Assembly: GCA_965205975.1 (NCBI GenBank)
Contig: OZ242195.1
Span: 1,440,001-1,504,000 of the forward strand
Direction of reading: 5' to 3'
DNA from: Candidatus Latescibacterota bacterium
Lineage (GTDB): Bacteria > Latescibacterota > UBA2968
Length of the DNA: 64,000 nucleotides
The notes beneath the pieces were generated by a model. That model saw only the letters and a program-made list of their open reading frames with translations, was not told the DNA's origin and did not search any database. Below are positions 28,055-38,700 of the stretch, one piece after another. Position 1 is the stretch's first letter; each line of letters starts with the position of its first letter. Position numbers and translations under genes: made by a program.

Positions 28055-31000
28055 ATGCTATCTATTTTCCACAATGTATGGGGCGTTGCGCGTTATGAGC
28101 GCAAAATGCTCTTGAGAACCACAAAATTCCGCATTTTGGGCGGCCTGGGCATGAGCATTCCCGTTTTGCTCGGCATCGGCTTTGCTATAGCAGAAGCCAA
28201 CGGTGCTGAACTGCCCGTGGGAATCGATTCTTATGTTCCATTTTTGGTGTATAGTTTCTTGCAGACCATTGTCATAGCATTTATTGTGGGAGATTTTAGA
28301 GCAGCGGATGAACAGGCGCATATTTACGAAGTTGTGGCCGGGCGACCCATTTCGACTGCGGAACTGGTTGCGGGTAAGTATTTGGGCATTGTTAGTGCGC
28401 TCGTCTTTTTGAGCCTGGGGGTTCTGCTTTTAACCCTGAGTATCCAGGCTGCAAAGATCAGCATGACAGGTAATCCATTTACAATAAAACCCTATATTGG
28501 GTACCTCGTATTCATGAACCTGCCCGCCCTGGTTTTTATGTCTTCTGTGACATTTTTTCTGGGGGCAGTGTTGCGGCGACAAGCGGCAGTTGCCCTGATT
28601 GTGATCGGGTATTTGTTGGCCGTCCTGTTATTCCTGGGCAGGCGATATGACGGCATCTACGACTTTGGTGCTTTTTTTATGCCTCTGTATTATTCCGACT
28701 TGATTGGTCTGGCAGATATTACGCAAGTGGGGCTACAACGCCTGTTTTATGTCTTGCTCGGCATTGGATTTTTTGGCTTTTCAATCGATTGGTATCCCCG
28801 TCTTGCACATTCCACAGTCGCGCGGTGGTTTGGCCGCGGATGCGCGCTGACCGGTTTTGGTCTGGCTGTGGGGCTTTACTTTTATATAGATGCAGAGGCA
28901 CAAGACCGGACAGCGTATCGCAATTCACAGTTAGAGCAACAGGAAGCGGTTGCGAATATTCCCGTCGCGGAAATAACCCATTACGATCTGGCATTGACGC
29001 TTTTGGGAGAGGAGCCGCTTGCTGCCTCAGGTACGATTAAATTGAGAAATCCTCACGAATCTCCGATCGATACGCTGATTCTTTTGATCAATCCCGGATT
29101 CAAAATCCAGAGCCTGACGCGCGGTGATGGCGGCACAATAGCGTGGGAGCGGACGGGAAGCGTGATTCGCGTCGTGCCCGATACCCCCCTGCAATCGGAG
29201 CGAGAACTCGATCTGGTGTTGGCTTATGCGGGTGATATCGACACGGATGGTTTTGATCTCAAACGGGAAAAAGCCAGACCAAAGTTACGCAAACGCGAAG
29301 GGCCATTTAATAAAGGATCTTTGACGGCGTGGATTCGCGACAATTCCGTCTTTTTGCCTCCGCGCAGCCGATGGTATCCCGTGACAGGCGTTGATTACGG
29401 CTATGAGGATGCGCGTGCGGTTTCTTTTTCAACGGCAAACTTGCAAATAACATATCCGCAAGGCATCGAAGTCATTACTCAGGGGCGGGTCGGCAAGACC
29501 GATACACTCGGCACACGGGTAACACGTCAGTGGATCGTCGAAAAACCCGTGCCTGTCCTATCGCTGAATGCGGGCGAATACCGCGTTTATAGCGCGACCA
29601 TTCACGACGTCGAATGCGCCCTTTACGCCCACCCATCGCATCTGCGTCCAGTCCGGTTTTTTGAAGGTGCCGAAGAAGAGATTTTGAGTGCGCTTGAGCA
29701 AATCATGGACGCAATGGAACAGGAATCGGGCATGAAATATCCCTATTCCAGCCTTTCTTTAGTAGAAATCCCCTTCCATGTTCAATGGTATTACGAAGGC
29801 TGGGAAGAAAAGGGCGGGTTGACGCAACCCGGCGTGTTGATGATTGAAGAAGATGTGTTCATGCGGCAGCAATTTACCCGCGATTTTAAGCGTTCTCAAG
29901 ATCGCTCGCGCGGCAATCGAGAACCCAAAGACATCAAAAAGGACCTTTTGGTACGCGCGGTTTTTTCGACCTTTTTTTCCCGAGAAGGAAATTCGGGCAG
30001 ACAGGGCCAGCCTGGCGGGTTATTTCGCAGTCCCGTTGTTCAGCTCTGGGCTTACGACAAGCAGTTTGTGGGCGAACATCATTCCCTTCTCAAAAAGGGC
30101 ATGCCCCTGTATCTCCAGAATGATTTGAGTACCGATATGACCTCTGCGTTTTATTCGAGCCAACGACGCGGTGGCGGGCGTGGTGGACCAGGCGGTCGCG
30201 ATGGTCCTGGTGGTCGCGGTGGTCCCGGTGGTCCCGGTGGTCGCTTCGGGTCGGGCGGGGGATCGGGTGCTGCCTGGGATACGTTGATTGCGAAAATGCA
30301 GCGAAAGTCGTTTGCCGATTTGAATCCCGAAAATCAAGCCGGCCTCTACCGCCAGGTTCTCGACGCCAAGGGACCCGCACTTTTTCAAATGATGGAATCT
30401 TTTTTGGGTGAGGAAACATTTCGCACGGTCTTAGACGACATAGACCACAATCACAAATACGAGGACATCGATTTTTCGACCTTCGAACGCGCCGCTGTGG
30501 GCGATACCACAGAAAGTGAAGAGAATCAAAAATTGCAACGCCTCGTCAACGACTGGCTTTTTAGTACAGAAATCCCGGGCTATACCCTCACAAGAGTCAA
30601 AGCTCTGAAGATGGACGACGGCTTTGGAATGGTGGTCTATCAATTGATTCTACGGATTAAGAATAGCGAACCGGGCAGGGGATATGTGCAAATTACAGCT
30701 ACGGGGCGGGGCGATGAAGCCCTGAAAGGCGTCGAAATTGAAGGTGGACAGGAAATTGAAGTTTCAATGGTTTTGTGGGAACAGCCCTTCAGGGTGATGG
30801 TCGAACCCTTTTTTGCACGCAATCGGCGGCCTCTGATGTCCCCCGTGCGCGTCCCCGAAGATGTCACAGAGGGCTTTCCGGTCGCTTATGTCAAAGACGT
30901 GACGGGCGAAGATTCTGGCCCTCTTGAAATTATTGTAGATAATGACGACGACGGATTTTCAATGCCCGTGCGGCGCGCAACGCGCTACTTTCGGCCTGGA

Positions 31001-31537
31001 CTCAAAGGCGGCAACTGGCGCGAACAGGGCCTGCCAATGGCTTTTGGACGATTTGAGACAAATTATCGAAGAAAGTCCCCAGGGGATGGTGCACAGCCGG
31101 CTGTGTGGACAGCGCAAATTCCCAGAGACGGCGAGTTTGATGTAAGTTTCTATTTTGTCGATCCCGCAATGGCCAGGCGCATTCGAATTGCATCGACCTT
31201 TACACTCACTATTTTTCACGGGGGCAAAGCCGATACACTCGAAATAGAACGCGACCAGATGAAAGCGGGATGGAATTATCTGGGGCGATACAAATTTGCC
31301 GAGGGCGAAGAAGCTGTAGTTGAATTGTCCGACCGCGCAGAGAGGGGGCTCTATGCCGATGCCGTGCGATGGCGCTTTTTTGATCCGCAAAACCCCGATG
31401 CCTACGAAGATGAAATGCCCACTTTTACTGGACGCGGCAGAGGTGGACCAGGTGGCGGGGATGGTAGGCGAGGCGGCGGGGATGGTAGGCGAGGTCCCGG
31501 TGGTAACAGGGGTGGCGGCGGATTGTTGGGATTTTAA
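28055..31537 (+). CDS. ABC-2 permease fused to an M1-aminopeptidase-like domain (no HEXXH) and a golvesin/xanthan-lyase-type C-terminal beta domain
   Basis: About 7 N-terminal TMs; M1-like 'HYDLAL', 'SRWYP', 'YPYSSLSLVE', 'KGPALFQMM..LGEETF'; C-terminal 'IIVDNDDDGF..GWNYLGRY..ADAVRW'. Confidence 0.75.
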   Translation: MLSIFHNVWGVARYERKMLLRTTKFRILGGLGMSIPVLLGIGFAIAEANGAELPVGIDSYVPFLVYSFLQTIVIAFIVGDFRAADEQAHIYEVVAGRPISTAELVAGKYLGIVSALVFLSLGVLLLTLSIQAAKISMTGNPFTIKPYIGYLVFMNLPALVFMSSVTFFLGAVLRRQAAVALIVIGYLLAVLLFLGRRYDGIYDFGAFFMPLYYSDLIGLADITQVGLQRLFYVLLGIGFFGFSIDWYPRLAHSTVARWFGRGCALTGFGLAVGLYFYIDAEAQDRTAYRNSQLEQQEAVANIPVAEITHYDLALTLLGEEPLAASGTIKLRNPHESPIDTLILLINPGFKIQSLTRGDGGTIAWERTGSVIRVVPDTPLQSERELDLVLAYAGDIDTDGFDLKREKARPKLRKREGPFNKGSLTAWIRDNSVFLPPRSRWYPVTGVDYGYEDARAVSFSTANLQITYPQGIEVITQGRVGKTDTLGTRVTRQWIVEKPVPVLSLNAGEYRVYSATIHDVECALYAHPSHLRPVRFFEGAEEEILSALEQIMDAMEQESGMKYPYSSLSLVEIPFHVQWYYEGWEEKGGLTQPGVLMIEEDVFMRQQFTRDFKRSQDRSRGNREPKDIKKDLLVRAVFSTFFSREGNSGRQGQPGGLFRSPVVQLWAYDKQFVGEHHSLLKKGMPLYLQNDLSTDMTSAFYSSQRRGGGRGGPGGRDGPGGRGGPGGPGGRFGSGGGSGAAWDTLIAKMQRKSFADLNPENQAGLYRQVLDAKGPALFQMMESFLGEETFRTVLDDIDHNHKYEDIDFSTFERAAVGDTTESEENQKLQRLVNDWLFSTEIPGYTLTRVKALKMDDGFGMVVYQLILRIKNSEPGRGYVQITATGRGDEALKGVEIEGGQEIEVSMVLWEQPFRVMVEPFFARNRRPLMSPVRVPEDVTEGFPVAYVKDVTGEDSGPLEIIVDNDDDGFSMPVRRATRYFRPGLKGGNWREQGLPMAFGRFETNYRRKSPGDGAQPAVWTAQIPRDGEFDVSFYFVDPAMARRIRIASTFTLTIFHGGKADTLEIERDQMKAGWNYLGRYKFAEGEEAVVELSDRAERGLYADAVRWRFFDPQNPDAYEDEMPTFTGRGRGGPGGGDGRRGGGDGRRGPGGNRGGGGLLGF

Positions 31538-31623
31538 TTTTCATCCGCAGAATGAAGGCGAGTAATGCGAGCATGAACGCAGATGGACGCAGATAATTTG
31601 AGAAATAGCAACCACAATGGAGG

Positions 31624-32697
31624 ATGGCCGTGAAGTTTGATTTTTGCTCAAAACTATTGTTGGTAATTGTCTTTTGTGGGATAGTCGCCTGTGATCAACA
31701 GGCGGAACAGCGCACCGTTGACCTGACGGTTCCCGTTACTGTTCAATCCGTAGAGACGGGAACAATTGAATCCATTGTGACAGCGACCGGAACCCTCAGA
31801 CCAGTGCGCGAAGCCCAGATCACAACGGAGATTCGGGGAAGTCTGTACTGGAGCAAAGGGAGTAATAACCGCTTGCTCTCCAAGGGGTCAGAGGTTAGAA
31901 GGGGACAGACTATAGCCAGACTCGACAGCGATGAATGGGTTGTTGGTGCGCGGGTAGAAGCGCGCAAACTGGCGGTTGAAACAGCCAAACGAACGCTAAA
32001 AGAGCAGGAAACCCTGTTTAGCCGACAACTTTCAACGGAAATGGCCGTTGAAAGTGCGCGTAGAGCCTGGGCCGATGCAGAAGCCAATTATCAGGATGCC
32101 CTCATCAAGATCGATAAAACTAAGCTATTAGCCCCCATTCAGGGCGTGCTGTCGGAACTTGCGGATATTACGCAGGGAACGCTGGTGACGCCAAATACCG
32201 CAATCGCAAAAATTATGGATTATTCACAGGTATTTGTCGATCTGAAAATTCCCAATGCCCAGATTATTAATGTGAAATTGGGCCAGGGTATCCGCGTGAG
32301 TAATTACGCTTTGCCCGAAGAAGTTTTTGAAGGTGAGATTGTCGAGATGGATCCGGCTATCGATCCGGTCACGCGTACAGTTCAGGTCGTCGGTATGGTA
32401 GATAATCCCGACTTGCTTTTGCGGGCAGGCATGTTTGTCAAAACAGAAATAGTCACGGAATCGAGGCAAAATGTCGTACTTATTGCGCGCAATCTCGTTT
32501 TGCGGCGGAGAAATCAGAAGGTCGTTTTTGTCGAAGAAGAAGGACGCGCACAACAACGCGAAGTCGAAACCGGACTGGAAGACCGCGATCGCGTGGAAAT
32601 TGTGGTTGGACTTGAACCGGGAGACCAATTGATCACGAGCAATTACGAAACACTGAGGACGCGCACCCGGGTACGGGTCACGGGAGATAGCCGATGA
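31624..32697 (+). CDS. RND periplasmic adaptor (MFP), lipoprotein
   Basis: Lipobox 'IVAC'; 'ATGTL', 'LLAPIQG', 'IDPVTRT', 'LRAGMF', 'VETGL..GL.PGD'. Confidence 0.93.
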   Translation: MAVKFDFCSKLLLVIVFCGIVACDQQAEQRTVDLTVPVTVQSVETGTIESIVTATGTLRPVREAQITTEIRGSLYWSKGSNNRLLSKGSEVRRGQTIARLDSDEWVVGARVEARKLAVETAKRTLKEQETLFSRQLSTEMAVESARRAWADAEANYQDALIKIDKTKLLAPIQGVLSELADITQGTLVTPNTAIAKIMDYSQVFVDLKIPNAQIINVKLGQGIRVSNYALPEEVFEGEIVEMDPAIDPVTRTVQVVGMVDNPDLLLRAGMFVKTEIVTESRQNVVLIARNLVLRRRNQKVVFVEEEGRAQQREVETGLEDRDRVEIVVGLEPGDQLITSNYETLRTRTRVRVTGDSR

Positions 32698-35600
32698 ATT
32701 TGCCTGAATTTTCAACGCGATATCCCGTGACAATTGCCATGGCGACCCTTGCAGTGGTGTTGCTCGGCTGGATATCGCTGGACGGTTTGGGCACTGATCT
32801 CTTGCCCGATTTGCAAACACCTGTCGTCACCATCGACCTGACGGCACCGGGCAAATCGCCTGTCGAGATCGAAGAAAGCTATACGCGCCGTCTCGAGCGC
32901 GACGTGAGCACGATTAACGGCGTCAAGCGCGTATATTCGATTACCCGCTCTGGGCAAGCCGTGGTCATTGCGGAATTTGCCTGGGATGCGGACATGGATT
33001 ACGGGTTACTCGACGTGCAAAAAAGAGTGGGGCGCTATGCGGTCAATGAAGATGTGTCACAGTTGGATGTGACGCGAGAAGACCCGCTCGCGCTTGCGGT
33101 GATGCGAATAGCGATTACAGCAGACGAAAATACGGAACTCGACGCACTGATGGGCACGGTGGAATTACTGATCAAACCCAAATTAGAGGCCCTCGATGGC
33201 GTGGCGTCTGCCGAGGTGGAAGGGGGGGCGGAAAAGGAAGTGCGCGTTACACTCGATCCCTATTTGCTCGAAGCGTTTGGGCTTTCATCCGATGCGGTCA
33301 TCAATCGCATCGCACAGGCAAATGCCGATGTATCCGGAGGTACGCTCAGAGAAAACCAGCAATCGTATCTGGTCAAAGCCCTCGGTCGCTTAAATGACAT
33401 AAACGATGTGCGGGAAGTCATTGTGGGAGAAAGGCGCGGGGGTGGGGGTGTGGCTTCTGGAGACCGCGTGCCGGTGCGCGTGCGCAACGTGGGCACGGTT
33501 GACCTGGAATATCAAGAGCGAGAAACCATTGTGCGCCTCGATGGACGGGAATGCGTTGGCCTCGCCATTTACAAAGAAGCCGGTAGCAATACAGTCGCCG
33601 TGGTCAATACGGTATTGGATGCGATAGACGATATCGAAGCAGATCTGAGCGGCATGCACTTCACAACCGTCGAAAATCAGGCGCGATTTGTCGAAGACGC
33701 CATAGGCGAAGTCGAAACATCTGCCATCCACGGAGCATTTTTGGCGATTCTCGTGCTTTTGATCGCGTTGCGGAGTTGGACAGTGACGCTGGTGATAGGG
33801 TTGGCGATTCCCATTTCCGTATTGGCGACATTTACGCTTATGTATTTTGAGGGGCTGTCCCTGAATATTATGACGCTGGGCGGGTTGGCTCTGGGCGCAG
33901 GCATGCTCGTTGACAATGCCATTGTGGTCATTGAGAATATTTATCGGCATCTCGAAAGTGGCGAGGATGCGCGCACAGCATCGAGCCGCGGCGCATCTGA
34001 AGTCGGCGTGGCAATTCTGGCTTCAACGCTGACGACAGTGGCTGTTTTTTTGCCCATTGTCTATTTGCAGGGGCTGGCGGGCAAACTCTTTGTGGATCAG
34101 GCGTGGACTGTTGCATTTTCGCTGCTGTCATCGCTGGTTGTGGCAATGACGACGATTCCGATGCTGACGTCGCGCATTTTCCGGCGGCTGAATACCACGC
34201 GTCACACGACTATCCGGTCGGACAAATACTACCGGTTTCTCAATGGTATATTGAATCGCAAACCCATCCTGCTCGTCGTCGTACTGCTCATTCTGGGTGG
34301 AACCGGGTATATCGCCCGCGAGTTGCAGACGGAATTTATCCCGCGCGAAGATCAGGGGCTATTCCAAATTGATCTCACATTGTCCGAAGGTTCGCGTGTG
34401 GAACTGAGCGATCAGGTCGCTCTGCACGTCAAAGAGACTGTCGAAAGCGTTGGCGGAAGCGATGTAGCGCATGTGTACGCGCTGACCGGTCTCAACCCCG
34501 CTCAGATATCGAGTGGAGGCGATCCAACGGGACCCAATCGCGCGACCCTATCGGTGGCTTTGCACACACAGCGATCGCGCAGCGTCAGCGAGTTGGTGCG
34601 CGATCTGGATCCCATTTTGAGTGCCATGCCCGATATCGAAGTGAAATACAAGTTGCACGAAACCGCGCTCGAAGGCGTGATGGGCGGACAAGAAGCACCC
34701 ATTCAGGTCGAAGTGTCCGGGGAAAATCTCGATATTTTGGCACGCATCACAAAAGAGCTTCAGACGAGGATAGAGGGTCTTCCCTCGGTGTACAATGTGC
34801 GCACGAGTTTTCAGGGCGGACAGCCAGAAGTCGATCTGGCAATTCGCGATGAAGTGGCATCGGCTTTTGGGCTGACCACGCAAACCATCAGCCGCACACT
34901 GGAAAGACAACTGTCCGGTGAAGTTGCTGGCGAACTGTCTAAAGACCAGCGCACGCGGGATATCCGGGTAAAATATCGAGATATTGATCTGCGCGAACTC
35001 CACACCATGCAAATCGAAGGAGCAGATGGCGCGATCCTGACATTGGGGGATATTGCCGAGCTCAATATTATTGAAGGCCCCCGCGAAATTTTGAGAGAAG
35101 ATCAGCGTCGCGTGGGGCGCATTACGGGATATCTCACAGAAGGACGCATTCTAAGTGAAGCCGTTGCCGACGTACGCGCTACCATGCGGGAAGTGGTTGT
35201 GCCGTCGGGGTATCGCATTGAAATTGGCGGAGAAGAGCGTGAGCGAGCGGCATCATTTGAAAGTCTCAAATTTGCACTCCTGCTTTCGATTGTGCTGGTC
35301 TATATGGTGATGGCATCGCTGTTTGAATCCACGCTCCATCCGTTCACCGTCATGTTTTCCGTTCCACTGGCCGGCGTCGGCGTGATATTTGGATTCTATT
35401 TTTTGGGCGAACCGCTCAGTGTGATGGCCTATATCGGCATCATTATGCTGGGCGGTATTGCGGTCAACGATGCGATCATTCTCGTGGATCGCATCAACCA
35501 GCTCAGGCAAGCCGGCCTGACGTTGCGAGAAGCGATTCTACAGGGCGGTCAAGACCGCTTGCGCCCCATTATGATGACGAGTGCGACGACTATTCTCGCC

Positions 35601-35759
35601 CTGCTGCCCATGGCAATCGGCTTTGGCGAGGGGGCAAAATTGCGCGCGCCTATGGCTATTGCCGTCATTGCCGGCCTGGTGACATCGACATTGATGACCT
35701 TACTCGTGATACCCACCATGTATGAACTAATTGATCGCCTCCGGGGGAAATCCGCGTGA
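32694..35759 (+). CDS. RND efflux permease (AcrB family)
   Basis: 'GMLVDNAIVVIENI', 'STLTTVAVFLP', 'GIAVNDAIILVD', 'RLRPIMMT'. Confidence 0.95.
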   Translation: MNLPEFSTRYPVTIAMATLAVVLLGWISLDGLGTDLLPDLQTPVVTIDLTAPGKSPVEIEESYTRRLERDVSTINGVKRVYSITRSGQAVVIAEFAWDADMDYGLLDVQKRVGRYAVNEDVSQLDVTREDPLALAVMRIAITADENTELDALMGTVELLIKPKLEALDGVASAEVEGGAEKEVRVTLDPYLLEAFGLSSDAVINRIAQANADVSGGTLRENQQSYLVKALGRLNDINDVREVIVGERRGGGGVASGDRVPVRVRNVGTVDLEYQERETIVRLDGRECVGLAIYKEAGSNTVAVVNTVLDAIDDIEADLSGMHFTTVENQARFVEDAIGEVETSAIHGAFLAILVLLIALRSWTVTLVIGLAIPISVLATFTLMYFEGLSLNIMTLGGLALGAGMLVDNAIVVIENIYRHLESGEDARTASSRGASEVGVAILASTLTTVAVFLPIVYLQGLAGKLFVDQAWTVAFSLLSSLVVAMTTIPMLTSRIFRRLNTTRHTTIRSDKYYRFLNGILNRKPILLVVVLLILGGTGYIARELQTEFIPREDQGLFQIDLTLSEGSRVELSDQVALHVKETVESVGGSDVAHVYALTGLNPAQISSGGDPTGPNRATLSVALHTQRSRSVSELVRDLDPILSAMPDIEVKYKLHETALEGVMGGQEAPIQVEVSGENLDILARITKELQTRIEGLPSVYNVRTSFQGGQPEVDLAIRDEVASAFGLTTQTISRTLERQLSGEVAGELSKDQRTRDIRVKYRDIDLRELHTMQIEGADGAILTLGDIAELNIIEGPREILREDQRRVGRITGYLTEGRILSEAVADVRATMREVVVPSGYRIEIGGEERERAASFESLKFALLLSIVLVYMVMASLFESTLHPFTVMFSVPLAGVGVIFGFYFLGEPLSVMAYIGIIMLGGIAVNDAIILVDRINQLRQAGLTLREAILQGGQDRLRPIMMTSATTILALLPMAIGFGEGAKLRAPMAIAVIAGLVTSTLMTLLVIPTMYELIDRLRGKSA

Positions 35760-38700
35760 CACTTGCTGGTATTGCCGTTCTGCGGCCCGTGACTACGGCC
35801 ATGTTTTTTATAGGTCTGGCTATTTTAGGCGTGATTTCACTGGATCGGTTGCCCGTTCAGATATTTCCCGAACTCGTCCGCCCAGAAGTCTTTGTCGCAG
35901 TCACTCAACAGGGCTACTCGCCCGAACAGGTCGAACGGGATCTGGTAATGCCCGTCGAGAGAGAGGTGGGCAAGCTCGAAGGTATTGAAGCGTATGAGTC
36001 ATTTTCGCGCCAGAACAGTGGCGGGGTACGCATTTCCTACGCGCCCAATACGGATATGAAATTCGCGCTGCTGCAACTCGAGAGCCGCATCACGCGCCTG
36101 CAATCGCTTTTGCCGGAAAGAACGCGGGTCAATGTACAGCGCTTTGATGCCTCTGATCTGAGTGCCTCGATTATGCAAATCCACGTGTTGGGCGAAGGCG
36201 ATATAAACTGGTTGCGCGAATTTGCCGAGGAGAAAATCAGGCCGGAATTGGAAGCGGTCGATGGCGTTGTAAACGCGCAGGTCCTGGGCGGGCAAAGGAC
36301 GGCCATTGAAATTATTGTCGATCCATTGATGCTGCAAGCGCACCAGCTTTCGATGTCTGATGTTCGCAATCGCATCAATGCTTTTAATACGCGGCGGCAA
36401 TATCTCGGCAAAGTATATGATGGGGACCAGGCTTATGCGGTTAGCATTCAGGGCCAATTTACGGACCTCGTGCAAATCCGCAGAGTCGTTATCAAACCGG
36501 AATTGCCCCTGCACCTGGGCGACATTGCCAAAATTCGCTATGGCCTTCAGGAGCGTACAGACCTGCAACGCATCAATGGCAAAGCCGCCGTTGGCATTCG
36601 CATTCAAAAAGACGATGAAGCCAATCTGATCGAACTTGCGGGAGAACTTGAACACACCATCGAGCGAATAAATGGCGATCTCGCATACGAAAATATCCAG
36701 CTCGTGATCAGCCAGAATCAGGCAGAGATTATGAACGAAGCCCTCAATTTCCTCAAACGGGCCGCTGTTGTTGGGGGATTGCTCGGGCTTTTTGTTTTGT
36801 TCTTGTTTTTGAGAAATCTGCGCTTTGTCGCTGTTTTGCTCCTCGCCATTCCGTGTTCTTTGCTGCTCACATTTAATCTGATGTATATGTGGGATCTCAG
36901 TTTGAACGTGCTCTCGATGTGCGGCCTCGCGCTTGCAGTTGGTATGTTGATGGACAACGGCATCGTGGTCATGGAAAATATCTTCAAGCATTTTGAACAG
37001 GGCAAATCTCCCAAAGAAGCCGCAAAAGCAGGAACTGATGAGGTCGCACGCGCCGTTGTTGCGGCAACCGCGACAACCATTACAGTCTTTTTGCCTGTTG
37101 TTTTTATCCAAAGCGACTTTCAGGATGTCCTGCGAGAATTCGCACTGTCCATCGCCTTTCCTCTGCTTGCCTCTCTTCTCGTAGCCCTCACACTCGTGCC
37201 TGCTCTGGCATCCAAAACCCTTTCTCTCGCATCTCGACCACCGACGGGAACAGGCTTGTTGATCGAGATGTACACGGTGTGCCTCAAAGCGGGCTTGCGC
37301 CACAGAATCAGCGTATCGCTGGGTATTATCGGCGCGCTTGTCATCACGCTAATCATTTCTTTTTTCTTTATGCTACAACAGGATATCCGTCGCGAAGAAA
37401 ATCGTTTTACAGTATATATCAGCATGCCCGAAGGCACGACTATCGAAGCCCTCGATGCTGTTGTTGGCGAAATTGAAAGTGCTGTGCGAGATCTCAAAGG
37501 TGTGGATCGCTTTACGACCAGTATCAGCGAAACCCAGGCGAGTATCAATGTGGAGCTTTTGTCCTTATCCGAACGCCCCGACCAGATTTCTGTCGATCTC
37601 ATCAAAGAGAATCTCGAAGAGTCGTTCGGTGATGTCCAAAATGCGATTGTGAGTTATGAGGCCATCGCACGCACAGGCAGGGGAGGTGGTGGGGGCCGAG
37701 GGGGAGGCGGGGGAGGCGGTATTCGGGGCACCCGTCAGGCTACTGGCGGATTCAATCTGGAAGGGGGCGCACCTTCGGAAATGGCTGTTATTCGCGGCTA
37801 TGATTTTACGGTGCTTCAAATGCTTGCCGACGATCTGGTCTATCGCCTCGAAGAATTGGAGGAAATCGATCCCAATAGCGTAAGAGCCGATGCAGAACGA
37901 GGCGCATCTGAAGTGCATGTTTTGCCCGATGAAGAAGTAATGTTTGATCGGCGATTGCAGGTGCGCCAGGTGCTCAATGCCGTATCCGACGCCAATCCGC
38001 GCGGTGCGCGATCCAATATTTCATTTCTCACACCCGAAGGCACTGAAATCCCGATTGATGTCCGCAATGTCGAAGACCCCGAAGAAGAGGGAGAAGGGAT
38101 TGCGGGTTTGAGACAAACGCCGATACTGGGTTCAGGGGGGACGTACATTCCCCTTGTAGAGGTCTCGCATGTGCGCCGGGATCAGGGCAGGAGCATGATT
38201 TTGCGCACCAATCAATCGCGGCGCGTAATTGTATCCTATAATTTCGCCGAAGAAATTTTGCAATCTCAGCCTCTGCTGGAAGCCTCGCGCGCTTATGTGC
38301 AAGATGTGGTTTCCGAAATGGTGCTGCCCGAAGGGTATAGCATCGAAATGATCGAGGCAGAGGAAGAGACGATTTATTACTGGATGATGGGCATTGCCGC
38401 GTTGTTGATTTTTATGATTTTGGCCTCTTTGTTTGAATCGCTTTCTGCGCCTTTGATTATTCTGTGTACGTTGCCCGCAGCAATTATTGGATCGTGCTTG
38501 GCACTGATCTTATCAGGTACGGGATTGACCTCGCAAGAAGCGCCAATGGCACTGTTGGGGCTTATTGTTTTGAGCGGCATTGCCGTCAACAATGGGATCG
38601 TGCTAATCGATGCGATTGAAACCCTTCGCCGCCGCGGGTTCAGGCGAGAACGCGCGGTACTCACGGCGAGCCGGTCGCGCGTGCGTCCTGTTTTAATGAC

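Noticed and set aside
35999..37303. 434-aa antisense ORF (likewise 56185-57102, 39749-40519, 41311-42162)
   Set aside because: Shadows of well-supported genes on the opposite strand, with no recognisable motifs.
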